From: Octopus vulgaris
Taxonomy: Eukaryota
Assembly (NCBI GenBank): GCA_951406725.2
Contig: OX597818.1
Coordinates: 146,134,001-146,198,000 of the forward strand
Direction of reading: 5' to 3'
DNA length: 64,000 nt
Part shown: piece by piece, positions 27,735 to 40,870 of the stretch
How positions within the stretch are numbered: the first letter of the stretch is position 1
Layout of the letters: each line of letters starts with the position of its first letter
Translations under genes and position numbers: made by a program
The notes under the pieces: generated by a model
Databases searched by the model: none
What the model saw: the letters and a program-made list of their open reading frames with translations, nothing else
What the model was told of the DNA's origin: nothing

Positions 27735-27740
27735 TTATTA

Positions 27741-27819
<79 letters not shown>

Positions 27820-27989
27820 AGGTTTTCCTAAAGTCTGGACACATAGGCAAAATGTATATTTTCAAGAAATACACGTAAAATTTTCAACAACATTTTATTG
27901 AATTAGAATATTCGCAAATAACATATTCCATATCATTTTCACAATTTGTGATGCAAAGGTCGATGTGTGTGTAAGTGCATGTATATGTG

Positions 27990-28186
27990 TGACCGCGTGT
28001 GCATCGTTGGCGATTTTTTTCCTGCATCTTCCCTTCCTTGGATCTTTCGTTTTCCTATGTTTCTGACGAAGAGCTCCGCTCGAAACGTTAAATCGCCCTT
28101 CTTTCTTTCCTTTCCTGGGCATCCAAGAACACTATACTTGTTCCACGTCCTCGCGTTGTTGTGTTTTCATGTTTGGATTAACTTTA
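27990..28186 (+). mobile_element. Short Penelope pseudo-LTR-like (retrozyme-like) unit
   Basis: Homologous to 39278-39455 in reverse. Ends at (TA)n and contains a hammerhead motif. Confidence 0.7.
28059..28093 (+). ncRNA. Minimal type I hammerhead ribozyme motif
   Basis: GTTT-CTGACGA-A-GAGC-TCC-GCTC-GAAA-CGTT-AAAT. Intact CUGANGA and GAAA boxes, 4-bp stem II, palindromic stem III. Confidence 0.75.
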
Positions 28187-30412
28187 TATATATATGCACA
28201 CAAATACGTACATGTGAGTAGTAAGCAGTAGTAATTTTCATATATGAATTAATGTTAATTATTATTTTTTTTATTGAAATTGACTTTTAATTTCTTGACA
28301 TTTTCTCCCCTATTCTTTGAACGTCTCTCATAGCTAGCTCTCTCTCTATTTTTTTGTTGTTGTTTCAACTACGTAAATTTCAATTATAAGCTTTTCTTCG
28401 AGTACATCAATATGACAGATTTATTTAAACGTTGCCAATAACTAACTTGAATTATTTGCCTTCGATTACTTTTAAATTCTGGAAATTGCTGCGAACAATT
28501 TTTGTTACTAATTGTCACCTTATATCCTGAGAATAGTTACATTTCCCCATTTAAGCAGGTTCATTCATTTCTTCTGGAACAATGGATGGAGTTCTGAGCT
28601 GAAAAACTCTTTTGGTTAGATAAAGTCGAAGGCTTCTAATGGGACACGAACTTGCATCACCTGTAGATATGACAGAACCTCTACCATTGGACAAAGGCAA
28701 TCCTTCCAATTTCTCAATCCTGTCAAGAAATGTCATTCTAACTAGTGAGAATTGTATGTCGTTCACATCATAAGAATTTATGTCAAATAATTGATGTCTA
28801 AAAAAATTATTCCTACTTTCTCCAAATAATCTTGCTTTTCCTTCTCTAGACGCAAATGATTACTGCTAACAAAGAAGAATATGTTGATTAGTTGAACACT
28901 TTTTGTGTACGTCATTCGGAACATCGCATTTTGTCTGACTTATGTAAATTTTTACGGCTGGCTCACTTGAATGAATTCACTTTTAAAAACCGGCTTGAAA
29001 TGATGAAAACAAAAAAGGCTATCCGCCTGAAAATCGTAGAGGAGTGGAAGAGCGAATGACGAGGAAAAAATTCAGTGTAAGTAAACAGTATACTTTGCAC
29101 AAAACGTGGTGTACTCTCTCTTCCTCTTTCCTTAAGAAACTATAACATTTGACTATATCGACATGAGTATTTCAAAATATGTTAAGATTGCATCTTAAAT
29201 GAGGTGCTCAATAAATTAGGTTTAAATATATATAATTCAATATATGTAGGATCACTGAATCTAGAAAATGCTTGAAGTTATTAAAATATAGTATCTATCA
29301 CTCTCTTTCTCTATTCATCTGTGTGTGTACTGCTGGCAGTAGTTGATAATATACTTTCAATAATATATGCATTTAATTATATCGATAATATATAATTGTA
29401 CTTAATTATATCAAATGCACTTAGTGTTTATTATATGAATAATATACAGCGTTTTATGGACTTAATTTTATTACGGCGCTAATACACACACTTACGTATT
29501 ATGCAGCCCAACTCTGCTTACGTATTATACTTTTCTCTAGTAACCTGACCTGATCCAGTGAGAATTAACTGTCTTGCTTATGAACACAGTGTCGTGTTTG
29601 TGGTGGTATACGAACTATTAAATTACTAGATGGCAATCCGACTCTTTATCGATTTCATTGTGGTGATGTTGTGATACGATAATAGTTATGATTGCGATGG
29701 TGACGGATATGGCGATACAAAACCAACAATCTTCCTGAAAACCTGATACAATTGTCAACCTCAACTTTCTTCAACGTAGCGTAATGAAATTTTATATGAA
29801 CACACAGATTCTGAATACATTTTAATCGGATCAAGATGGTGTTTCCTGGAATGTTAACCATAATTTCTGACAATGAAGAGGAAACAAATATTGAAAAATA
29901 TAGGAGTAAACGGAAATCATTATGATTTCTCTCTCTCTATCTCTTTCTCTCTCTTACTGTTTTCTTTGTCTCTTTCTCTTTCTTCCCCTTTCCTTTATAT
30001 TCTTGCGTGATTTTTCTTACTCTTTCATCCTTTTGTTATCTTTAATGCTTTCTTTCTTTCTCACTTGTTCTTTCTTTTTTATTTATAATTTTTCTTTTGT
30101 TTTCCGTCGATCTCACTTCTCTCTTTTGTTTTCACTTTCATTTAGTCTCCTTTTCTCTTGTTTTCTCTTAATCTCGGTCTGCCTGCCTGTTTGTTCCACC
30201 TATTCTCTCTCTCTATTTCTCTCTTTTATTTTATCTCTCTCAGTCATTTTATCTCTCTTTCTCTCTCTCACTTGCTTTTAATCTCTGCCTCTCTCTAAAT
30301 TTTTAAATCATATAAATCATTTATTTTTAACTTAATATATTTTTGTGTAAAAAGAAAAAACGAACTTATCCTCTACTGTCCTTCGATATTAGATCTTATG
30401 ATCATAATAAAG

Positions 30413-30451
<39 letters not shown>

Positions 30452-30856
30452 ACCCTCTCCCATTCTCCTATTTTCTCTCAGTTAATCTCTGGCTCGTTCT
30501 CCCTCCTGCTTCCACTCATTAACCCCTCCCACTTCCTCTATCTTTTTCTTTGCATTTTGTTTCTTACTCCTTTTTTCAAGAGAATCATTGATATGTGAAC
30601 TTTGAATTATTCAGTGCTTATTACATTTGAAATAAATATACAAGCAAATATATTTAGCTAATTAAAAAATGAAAGCAAGACAATGTAATTCTTATAAAAT
30701 ATTTAATTCGTAATACTGTTTAAGTGAAGATGGTGAAACAATATATATTTGAAGAGAAGAAATATCTTTTCATTACATAGAGTAACATTATATTTTAGAA
30801 GGAGAAATTTAAAGTTTTATCGTTGATCAAGGGCAAAACTAATTGTCTCTAATTTT

Positions 30857-32560
30857 ACACGGTCCTCGGTTTGCATGGTTCCACTTAAGCACGTTTTGGG
30901 TTTCAATCTTCATTTTCTTTTTACATTCATTTTACCTTTCATTTATCTTCCATTTTACGTTCATTTCACTTCAGTGACCGCGCGTTAAAGCAATGCTTAA
31001 GTTTGCTTTTTATATTTTGATAAATATTTTCGAGATTGACTAATAGCTTCAAATGTCAAACCAAAAACAGACAAGAAAATCGATTTCTCTGGAATGGAAA
31101 TTAAAATATTAAAGCTACTTCAGAATCTTAAGTGTTCAACGAAAACAGCGAAACATTTTAAGATAAACGAAGGAACTCTCAGGATAATTAAAAGAAACCA
31201 AGAGAAAGTCAATGTCAGTTTAATTGCGGGATCGTCAATTTGTAGAAAACATATACATACACAACAATATTATGGAAACAATGGAAAAAGCTCTATTAAT
31301 ATAGATAAAGATATAAAATTCCCGAACTATTGCAACAAGCAGCTCTGATACAAGACAAAAAACAATAAGAATATTTTAAATCAAATCATCATTATTCTCT
31401 AAGCATATAATAATCTGTAACCTGTTTTTTTCAGGCAGTGAGGGCTGGCTTGAAGTTCTTGTTCTTAATCGAAGTTTCCTACAAGATTTTAAATTACTGG
31501 TGAAAATTGGATCGAGCCATAAGAAAACTGTTGGAGGTTTTGTGCCACAATATTTGCAGAAGGTTTCAATTCTTTAAAAGAAATTTCTTTAAAAGAATAT
31601 TGATTAAAGCTAAGAGAGAATGCCAAAGAAAGACTTTATATGGTAGAACGTAAATAGTCAGCGGATTGAAACTTTCTAGGTCTAGAATCATAAAATCATT
31701 ATTGTGTAATGCTTTTGGTGATTATTTCATGAAGCCATTTTTAATTAAGAGAGCTCTTAATCCATGTGCAATGAGAGGCTTAAATAAAAATAAATAACCA
31801 CCCAAATCATTAGCATGCAAAAAAAAAAAAAGCTTAATAACTACTGGAAAACTGTTTTTATCAAAACTTTGTTTCTGAAGTTGAAATTTATGCGAAACAT
31901 TACATTTCTGTTATTACCAGCCAATACGATTGATGCAGCCATAGCATCAGGGAATAATGAATTAATAATGTTTAACATTCGTATGAATGGTACTAGATAA
32001 CATGGTAGAAAATCAGCGACTAAATTTAGGAGTAAAGAAAACTTAGTTTTCATTGCAGGAAGATAATTGCAATAGCAATCCATGAAAATAAGAAAACCAA
32101 CTTAAATCCATTATGGAAGATAATTTTGCTTGCATTAGCTCTCTCTAAATGGTAGTGATGCTGACATAATATAAAAATACAAACACAGATATAGCTTATT
32201 AAAAACCGTAGTTAATTCAATTATAGGCGAAGGATGGGACTATTTTGTTGTCGAAGAAACCGAGGAGGTTAATAGAAAATTCAGTTGATATGGTTGCCTA
32301 GTTTCATACGAAGAAAGCTTGTGTAATGTTGATGAAATAAACTCACAAATTACTTCGAAAATTAAAGGTGGACTATAATTGACAAACAATCAGAAAATTA
32401 ATTTCATTAAGAATGATTCTAATAGGCAATGTAGTCTGAAATTCCAAGGAATTAAAGTTCTGCAAAGCGACGTACGGAAATCTTTACACTGTTTTAATAA
32501 AATGCATGCATATTTTTATGAAACAGCCAGCTATTTGAATATAGAAGTATGGATCATAAT
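30857..32560 (+). mobile_element. Tigger/pogo transposon, highly decayed
   Basis: CENP-B-like HTH remnant (KIDFSGMEIKIL..AKHFKINEGTLRIIKRN), SEGWLE, LCNAFGDYFMKPFLI, FLLLPANT. Confidence 0.7.
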
Positions 32561-33286
32561 GATAGTCCTGATGATTTTGGAAGAACGAGAGCAAAAAAAA
32601 AAAAAAAAAGAAAGAAAACAAAGTTAAAGAAAGAGTATTGTTTTCGTATCTCCAAGTAAAAACGAGAGTCAATTAGACAAAATGCCCAATGTACTGTTTC
32701 AGTAATTTTAGTCACTGGTATGCGGCCATGCTACGGCTCCACCTTTGAAGGTTTTAATCGATCATTTGGACTCCTGTAATTATTATATGTTGATATTCAT
32801 TTTATTAGTCTCGATCTCTCGAGTCGCTAATTTATAGAACAGCGATCTTTATACCGATGTAAACATAACACGAGCAGTCACGTGCACACGCTTACGTGTA
32901 TAGAGTTAAACTTTAAAATGGGGCAAAGGAAACCACTATTGCCATCCACGAAAGATTAACAGGAAAAAACTAATTATACAGAAATGTATAATTATTCAAT
33001 TGAGAATGTTCTTTACGTAATTAGCTTAAAGGATAATAATTAGACATGGTTACCTAAATTGATCCAAACTTAATGTTTATGTAATTTATGTCATATGAAC
33101 TCGTCCAGGTACTTATACACTGCACAGTATTAAAATATTTGCTTATTGTATTACCAAGTGAATACCAGTTAATTATAAGTGAAATTCTGAGTATCATTAA
33201 TAGTATTTGTATTTTACAAATAAATATTTCAGTAATATAAATTGAAAACCATCCACAGACTTGTTTCTGAATTGAAGTAATAATTA

Positions 33287-33830
33287 CACTGGTGTACAAA
33301 ACATTTTTTTTTGCTCTGAGGCAAGGATGTGAATAGGTGTTTTTTACTAATTTTGATGTGGTGAATTCAATTTTCTGAACAGTTTTGCTCTATTACATCT
33401 AGTTTTTTTCTTTTTTGCTTTCACATATTCCATTGTAATTTATACTGCATATGAATTCAAAATATATTGTGTTTATTTCATCTGTTACAAATGCACATTA
33501 CAGGAAAAGAAACAGCATAAATACAGAACATTGATGGAATTGAATTACTTGGGTAATAAAATACACATAGTACAGCAGACAGAAGTGATTTTTTGGGACG
33601 ATCTTGTGTACTTTGCCTCCGAGATGTCACACAAGAGCATCCAGCAACATTCCCCCATCGTACTGGGGTTCCACTTGCCTTGGTAGTTGCTCTCCATCTT
33701 AGTAATATCTTAGTGGAACCTTTCTCCGTGCCCATCACTCACTGCTCCAAGTTTCGGAGGGAAGAAGTTGAGCTGAGAGTGGAGAATGTGAATTTTGAGT
33801 GACATTCAGCATCTCATATCCTCATAAGAC
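33287..33830 (-). mobile_element. Chapaev3-like (CMC/Transib-related) DNA transposon, 3' end
   Basis: Minus translation MSLKIHILHSQLNFFPPKLGAVSDGHGERFH*DITKMESNYQGKWN. The terminus starts CACTG at 33287. Superfamily assigned from recalled motif. Confidence 0.65.
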
Positions 33831-33964
33831 TGTAGCAACTTCACGATACACTCTTGGTAATCTAGTACCCGTGTGTTACCTAGCAAGCCATGCCAGACTG
33901 ACGTAAATACTCCCAATGCTCTCAGTTACTTTGAGATAAGAAGCTCCTCAAAGTCCTTATCCTT

Positions 33965-34088
33965 GAACAGTTTCCATCTACAAAATCCACTCACGAGGCT
34001 TTGGTCGATCCGGGGCAAGTGTAGAATATATTTGCCCAAGGGTACATGCAGTGGGACTGAGCCCGAAACCATGTTGTTGGGAAGCAAG

Positions 34089-34089
<1 letters not shown>
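33965..34089 (-). mobile_element. SINE family B fragment
   Basis: aaatccactcacgaggctttggtcg...cagtgggactgagcccgaaaccatg. Confidence 0.8.
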
Positions 34090-34140
<51 letters not shown>

Positions 34141-35480
34141 TGTATATAACGAGGACGGGCCCCAACAATGCGAACCTGTTTGTTGGCTATGTTGAAGCCC
34201 AAATATTCTCATAATTCACTGGTCCCACTCCCGAGCCATACGGTCGTTATAGCGATGACTGTATCGGCACGACCTCATTCTTCTGCGAAAATTTGGACTC
34301 CTTCTCCCCTTTGTCCAATCCTTTCATCCTGCCCTCGAATTCTCCTGCACTATCGCTAACTCTTCCGTCGAACTTATCGACATTTCTGTCAGCATACACC
34401 ACTCGGCTCTCACCACCTCCATCCATTACAAATATACCGACTCACACTCCTACTTTAACTTCTCCTCCTCCCATCCTACCTGCACCAAGCTCTCCATCTT
34501 TTACTCCCAATTCATCCCTCTACGCAGGCTCTGCAGCGACGACTATGACTTTGAGACTGTCTCATCTCATGACTCGCTACTTCATCCTACGTGGATATCT
34601 ACTCACCATTATCCACACCGTCCTTGCCTGGGCACGATCTGTGGAACGTGCCTCTTTCTCCTCGCACTCGTCCCACTCTTACCTGTCTCCCGTTTCCCCT
34701 TATCTACCACCCTCCACCCTACCCCTCCAACTCACCATTATCCGAGCCTTCCGGCAACTCCAGTCCATACCCTCCACCTCACACATCTTTCATAACGTGC
34801 CACTTCCCTCCTTCAAACGAGCCCATAAACTGCGTGAATTCCCGGTTCACAGTTTCTTCCCTACCCCTGCCTCCCAGCATGGCTGTTTACCCTGCTCCCG
34901 CTCACGCTGTCACACCTATCCCTACCTCTCCAACACCACCATGCTCACCGGCACCCATTACCGTCCCTATCACATCACCGACTCCTTTACCTGCACTTCT
35001 CGTAATGTTAGTAATATTATTTACTACATCTGCTCTCTCTGTCCTTCCCTGTACATTGGTCAAACGGGATGCCGCTTGGCTGACCGGTTGGCGGACTACC
35101 TCCGAGACATTAAACCCGGCAATAACACCCCAGTCTTGCATCACCTCCGCTCTGCCGGTCATTCGCTACAACATCTGTCTGTGTTCGGACTGTCTCTGCA
35201 CAGGGGCCACCCGGACCCCGCCTTCGTCGTGAAGAGAAATTAATCTTCTCACTTCGTTCCTTTGTACGATATGGGATCAACTCATTACTTCTCTTCATCT
35301 GACACCAACCTCACACGGATTCCCACACACCACCCAACTGCCCCTTCACCTACACACCTGCATAACGTCTACCTTAGTACCCTCACCACACACACACACC
35401 ACTATATAAATACCCATACACACTGTTCAACTCATTACTCATTTCATACACCATTACACCCACACCGACAAATACCTCGA
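34141..35480 (+). mobile_element. Penelope-like element, 5'-truncated: RT C-terminus plus GIY-YIG endonuclease
   Basis: TRTGPNNANLFVGYVE, GRYSDDCIG (RYIDD), C..SRC.TY, NIIYYICSLCPSLYIGQTGCRLADRL. Starts at (TA)n. Same family as 1-1330. Confidence 0.9.
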
Positions 35481-36077
35481 CTTTTGAAATTTCTGATCTT
35501 TCTCCGTACGTTAATAATTTTGCCATTCTCTCTCCATTTTAACTATTTCTCTCTTTCTCTCTCTTATATTTTCTTCTTTTTTCAGCATGCCTAATTATAA
35601 GTCCTTCCTCCTTCATCTTCATCACCGCCTAAAAAAATCACCTTACCACACTTCCTTTTCGCTGCTTTCAACTTTCTATTAATCTTTCCCTACTGATTTA
35701 AAAAAAAAACACGCTTCTGTAGTTACGCTTCTTTTCTCAGTCGCTGCCTTCATCACCACCTCATCTCCAAAGGTTTCAACCTCCATTTCCACCCTACCTT
35801 CTCTTTTGCCTCTGCCATCTTACACTCCCCACCACTTCCTACCGCCTTATGCGTGCTACTATTCGTTCTAATCTCTCCAAAATACACACCCTCGACTGCC
35901 TTCTCCTTCTCGCTTATTCCACCTGTTTCTCTTGCTGCTCACCATCCATTGCACATTCCCCTTTACGCTTTATCCTCCACCGAAACCTCCAGCATATTAT
36001 GATAATTCAAGCCAGCTGAGGGGTCAGAGTCCCGTCAGTTCAATGTTAATTATTCCGAGAAGCTCAAGCGTTTCATT

Positions 36078-36310
36078 CTTATTTCTTTACTGCCCACAAG
36101 GGGCTACACACAGAGGGGACAAACAAGGACAGACAAACGGATTAAGTCGATTATATCGACCCCAGTGCATAACTGGTACTTATTTAATTGACCCCGAAAG
36201 GATAAAAGGTAAAGTCGACCTCGGCAGAATTTAAACTCAGAACGTAGCGGCAGACGAAATACTGCTAAGCATTTCGCCCGGCGTGCTAACGTTTCTGTTA
36301 GCTCGCCGCG
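36078..36310 (-). mobile_element. SINE family A, full-length
   Basis: Near-identical reverse complement of 18902-19131. Confidence 0.92.
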
Positions 36311-36329
36311 TTTCATTCTTGATCAACAC

Positions 36330-36770
36330 CAGGCAACTAAGCGGATGAGTGCAACCACTCTCGTAAACAGGTCTCTCCACATCCGATACACAATCAAAAC
36401 TAATAAATTGGTTTGCTCACAACTGTGGTGCAGCAGTTCAGGCAAACAACACGGTTCTGCAAACCTAATAGGTTTTACCCACTTAACTATTAACGTGACT
36501 CCTGCAAGTCTATAATTAGGAACGCAAAGGTCGACTCCATGTATCGCAGAACCAGTAAACTTGCTCATCTAACAAACAGGAGCCGATTCTTTTAAACTTT
36601 TTGCCAAAAACGCTGTCTATCACTTTGTGAACTCCTTTTTCCCTACACTTTTCAACTATTTAAAGTAGTACTTCTGCAGAAAAAAGTCTCCTCGTTTGCT
36701 GTCAGATTTGCACCAATGAGTAAATCTTCTCAAAAACTCTCCTTGTCTTACTCCAACAGACTCACCACTA
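36330..36770 (+). mobile_element. Possible decayed CR1/Jockey-group LINE fragment
   Basis: Coding-like remnant (IIRNAK..RTSKL..FPTL..SAEK). Weak similarity only. Confidence 0.3.
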
Positions 36771-37672
36771 CATATACATACACATCATGAGTGAAAGCAT
36801 TTCATGTCAATCTAAACAAACAAAGCTGCGGGATTTCAGCACCCTAAAAAGCACCCAGTGCTTGCCTCTAATCTCACATAACTCTTCTCTCTCTCCCTCC
36901 CTCCTTCTCTCTCTCTCTCTCTTTCTCTTTCACTCATTTTCCAAAGTCTGTGCAAATTTTTCGAAAGTGAGTGAAAATGGTGAAGAGTATAATGATGATG
37001 ATGATGATGAGAATTCTGTTAAAATGTAAGCATTTAGCGTTTATTAGTAGTTTCCTATACACCAACAAAGGGGTGTCTATGCAGCTACTATATGCTAGAA
37101 GTAACAATGAAATCTTCCTCACATTGTCTCTGCTGTCTTAAGAAATAAAATTTTATGCTATTCAAAAATATATACAAAAATACGACATATCACGTTTGGA
37201 ACGTTTTTCAGCAAAGACCAAATTCGATTAAGGTTGTCCTGAGGGTAAACAGCAGCAATTATTTTAGTAATGACAATTGTTTATTTGTCTCTAAAATAAA
37301 TTAAAATTTTAGAATGCAGTTACCGAGAATAAACGGGCTAAATATAAAAAAGTTACATTTAAGTTTCTCAAAAATGAATCGGAAGACATGCAAAATGGTG
37401 TTACTTAAAGTGTTGGAACAACGAAGAAAGGTATTCTTCAGATACTGAGGACAGATCTTATTGGCTATATACTCTCATAGATTGTATGGTCTTGGACCTA
37501 AATCAGAAATCACTGTCATAATTAGTAGTAGTAGTAGTAGTAGCGGCGGCGGCGGCGGTGGTGGTGGTGGTGTGCTAGTGTTGTTGTTGCTGGCGATAGT
37601 GGTATTAGTAGTAGTAATTGTCGTAGTATTAACAACAGCAGCAACGGTAGCAAAAGCAACAACAACAACAAG

Positions 37673-37860
37673 TGGAGGCGCAATGGCCCAGTGGTTAGGG
37701 CAGCGGACTCGCGGTTAAGAACGCGGTTTCGTTTCCCCGACCGGGCATTGTGAGTGTTTATTGAGCAAAAACACCTAAGCTCCACGAGGCTCCGGCGAGG
37801 GGTGGTGGTGAACCCCGCTGTACTCTTTCACCACAACTCTCTCTCACTCTTTTTTCCTAC
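37673..37860 (+). mobile_element. tRNA-derived SINE, family C
   Basis: ggcgcaatggcccagtggttagggcagcggactcgcg..ggtttcgtttcccc: A-box TGGCCCAGTGG and a degenerate B-box, followed by a non-tRNA body. Confidence 0.75.
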
Positions 37861-39229
37861 TTCTGCCACAAAGCAGAGGAACCATGGTTTAACCCACTAT
37901 GGTGTGGTAAACTTTCAGGCCCTAATCTAGATTGCGAATCCTCTGTACCCCAGGATGGTTCAGCTCTCCACCCGTTAAAAGCCACCGTTTACGGAATGAG
38001 GATAAGAACGTAGCTTCTGCGTCCTTGCCAGTCTATCGCGTGTGGTGGGTAGATCTTCAAGTTGCCGCACGCATTCTTAGTAGCTTAGAGTAGGCTCGAA
38101 TTAGAGATTATTCTTTGTGGCTAACGGCGTGAGTCCTGATTGGAAGAAGAGGAAAACAGCAGCAACAGCAACAGCATTCGTTTTATCAACAGCTATTCCG
38201 ACTTACGCTTGTTTTCCTTTGATAAAACTATTATAAAAGTATTTACTAATGCAGCCATAGCTGTCTTCGATGCTGCCAATATTGTTGTTGGCAAATAAAA
38301 GAATAACGAAAATTCTATTTGTGTACAATTTATTTCTAGTCATTTGTTTCTTGAAGACAACTCACGCATACTGAAAATGGTTTAACCAGTAGAATTTCAA
38401 GACAATTACTCTATATCAGAACTGACAAACAACGAAGTTTGACAGAATCATCTAAAGGCTAACGAGTTCAGCTAAGCATTAATGTGTTCTTGTTTTCAAA
38501 AGTTCTTTAATAGATTCAATTATTCGTCATACGTGTTAAACAGCATTTAACACTGTTTAGCCACGTTCATCAGTTAAATACCAATATGCAAACGATAAAT
38601 GTCAGTAGAGTTATAAATGTAGAAATGTTGTTATGTGGAATGACGTGCTGTGAAAGAGACGACTATTTCGTTACAGACATTGACCAGGCAACAATAAAAC
38701 AGTTCTATGGAAGACGTATGAGAGGACCAACTCACCGTTCGGCTAGTCAGCAAGTCATGTGACCATTCAATTTTCCTGACAACCAATCATCTATGCTTAA
38801 ATAACAAATTCAATCGGCAATGATACGCGCGCGCGCGTGTGAGTGTGTTAGCATGTGCAGCCAGACATAATTAATCACTCGATCATTATTAAAAGTTTTA
38901 AAAGGACGGAAGTACGTATCACATCGATCAGTAGTTCGTGAGAAATGAAACTCGAACGCCTTCTGCTTGAAACAAAGTTTTTATTGGATATGGCGGGCCA
39001 ACTGATGAATCACAGTTATAGATCACTTCGGATATTCCGTTGAGAGACACTGCGAGGTGTTTCAGAATAAATAGTTTCTCAAAAACGTCGAACCTACAAT
39101 TATGCCATGTATTTCGAAAGATTGAGCAGTGACTCCTTAAGAATATCCATGAGTAATGCTCGCATGCATCATCAAGCATTTATAAATATAAAATATACGT
39201 AAATACACTTTATTTTCATTCGCAGACAC

Positions 39230-39277
<48 letters not shown>

Positions 39278-39282
<5 letters not shown>

Positions 39283-39453
39283 TAATCCAAACAAGAAAGC
39301 ACAAAAAAACACAACAACGCGAGGACGTGGAACAAATATAGTATTATTGGATGCGCAGGAAAGAAGGAAAGAAGGAGGGTTTAACGTTTCGAGCGGAGCT
39401 CTTCGTCGGATACATAGGAGAAGGAAAGATCCAGAGAAGGAAAGACAGAGGAA

Positions 39454-39455
<2 letters not shown>
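39278..39455 (-). mobile_element. Short Penelope pseudo-LTR-like unit, second copy, with hammerhead at 39379-39413
   Basis: Minus strand CCGACGA-A-GAGC-TCC-GCTC-GAAA-CGTT-AAAC. Embedded in (TA)n on both sides. Confidence 0.75.
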
Positions 39456-39494
<39 letters not shown>

Positions 39495-39559
39495 GGAGAG
39501 AGAGAGAGAGATTGTGACAATTAGTGACGATAACATTTTTCATATATTATGTGTGAGTG

Positions 39560-40870
39560 TGTTATACATGTACATTTACTTTACGTGTCTATAAATTATC
39601 TTTACAACTTTCACAATTTATTACGTCTATAAATTATCTTTATTTGAGGTCCAGCAATCAACTTCTCGCATGTTAAATATAAAAGTTTTAATATATATTC
39701 CTTGTTTTAAGATTTAAATCACTTTCATTTGTCTTTAAACGTGTCTATTATTATCTGTATCTTGTAGTGAAAATGACAACACCACAAGAGAAAGGGCAAC
39801 GTTTATCCTGGTTTATAGAGACCCGATCAGATACTCAGGATCCAGGGGGATCACCGTACACATATGGAAAAGAACCAACCACTCTTGGTAGTTCTTTTCC
39901 ATAGAAAGCGTCCAATAGAAAACAGGGGTTGGACGATCGAGGACAATCGTGGAAGATGTTATGCGAATTCGAACAGCATTCATTGCAATCCTAATAAATT
40001 GATTCGTAGTTCAAATAGTGAGTTAAGTTGACCGCGGTCAACAATTTATAAAGTTTTGTACATGGGCTTGAGGCTCTGTGTTTATAAATTACAACATTTG
40101 TAAGCATTCCAGCCAGGTGACAACCCCAAAGGAAACGATTTGCGGTGGATATGATTGTTCGATTAGACGAAGGCTTATATCAAAAGATTTGTTTCAGTGA
40201 TGAAACAATATTTCATGTATAAGGAATGACAAATACGCAAAACATCCGGATCTGGAGAGAAACGACTAAAAATTCAATGTTTCTTACGGCTTCATGTTTG
40301 ATCGAGTGATTGGCCTATTTTCCTTTGTAGAAGAAACGATTACTTCCAACACTTACCTTGGTGTTTTACTATAATTTGTTGTACCACAGTTGTACTGCAT
40401 GCAACCATCTGTTATTTTCCAACAAGATGGTACACCACCACACTTGATGTCCGAGTGTTCGTTCGAGAGTTTCTTAATAAAACTTTCCTAAACGGATGAA
40501 TTGAAAGAGGAGGTCCAGTTCCCTACCCACCTAGGTCACTAGATAGAACCCTCTAGGCTTCTTATGTGGCTACATTAAATGCAGACTCTATCGTACAACA
40601 GTTCAAGACCTCAATGATAAAAAAAAAAACAAACAAAAAAACAAATCACGCCAAGCGATCTCCAACATTGATGAGGGGATGCTCCAAAGAACATAGTCAG
40701 AAACTGAGAATCGTGTACAAGAGCTGAGTGCAACCAATAGAATCAACGTGGAAGTGCTCTGATGTTTCCAATAAAACTTGACTTGTTTGCCTATGTTTTC
40801 TAAGTTCTGCTGAATTATCTTTAATTTTATTTTTTTCTGAATTGTAAAGGTAATTAATGGACTTCCTGTA
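39560..40870 (+). mobile_element. Tc1/mariner-superfamily transposon (DDxD, rosa/maT-like), decayed
   Basis: CFSDETIFHV, QNIRIW, VIFQQDGTPPH, ERGGPVPYPPRSLD. The right end is ...ggacttcctg-TA. Confidence 0.85.

Noticed and set aside
27815-29230. Possible Tc1-like termini and decayed body
   Set aside because: No matching TIR pair or convincing transposase motif could be established.
37673-37745. Possible tRNA gene
   Set aside because: Degenerate B-box and acceptor stem, and it continues into a SINE body, so treated as a SINE head.
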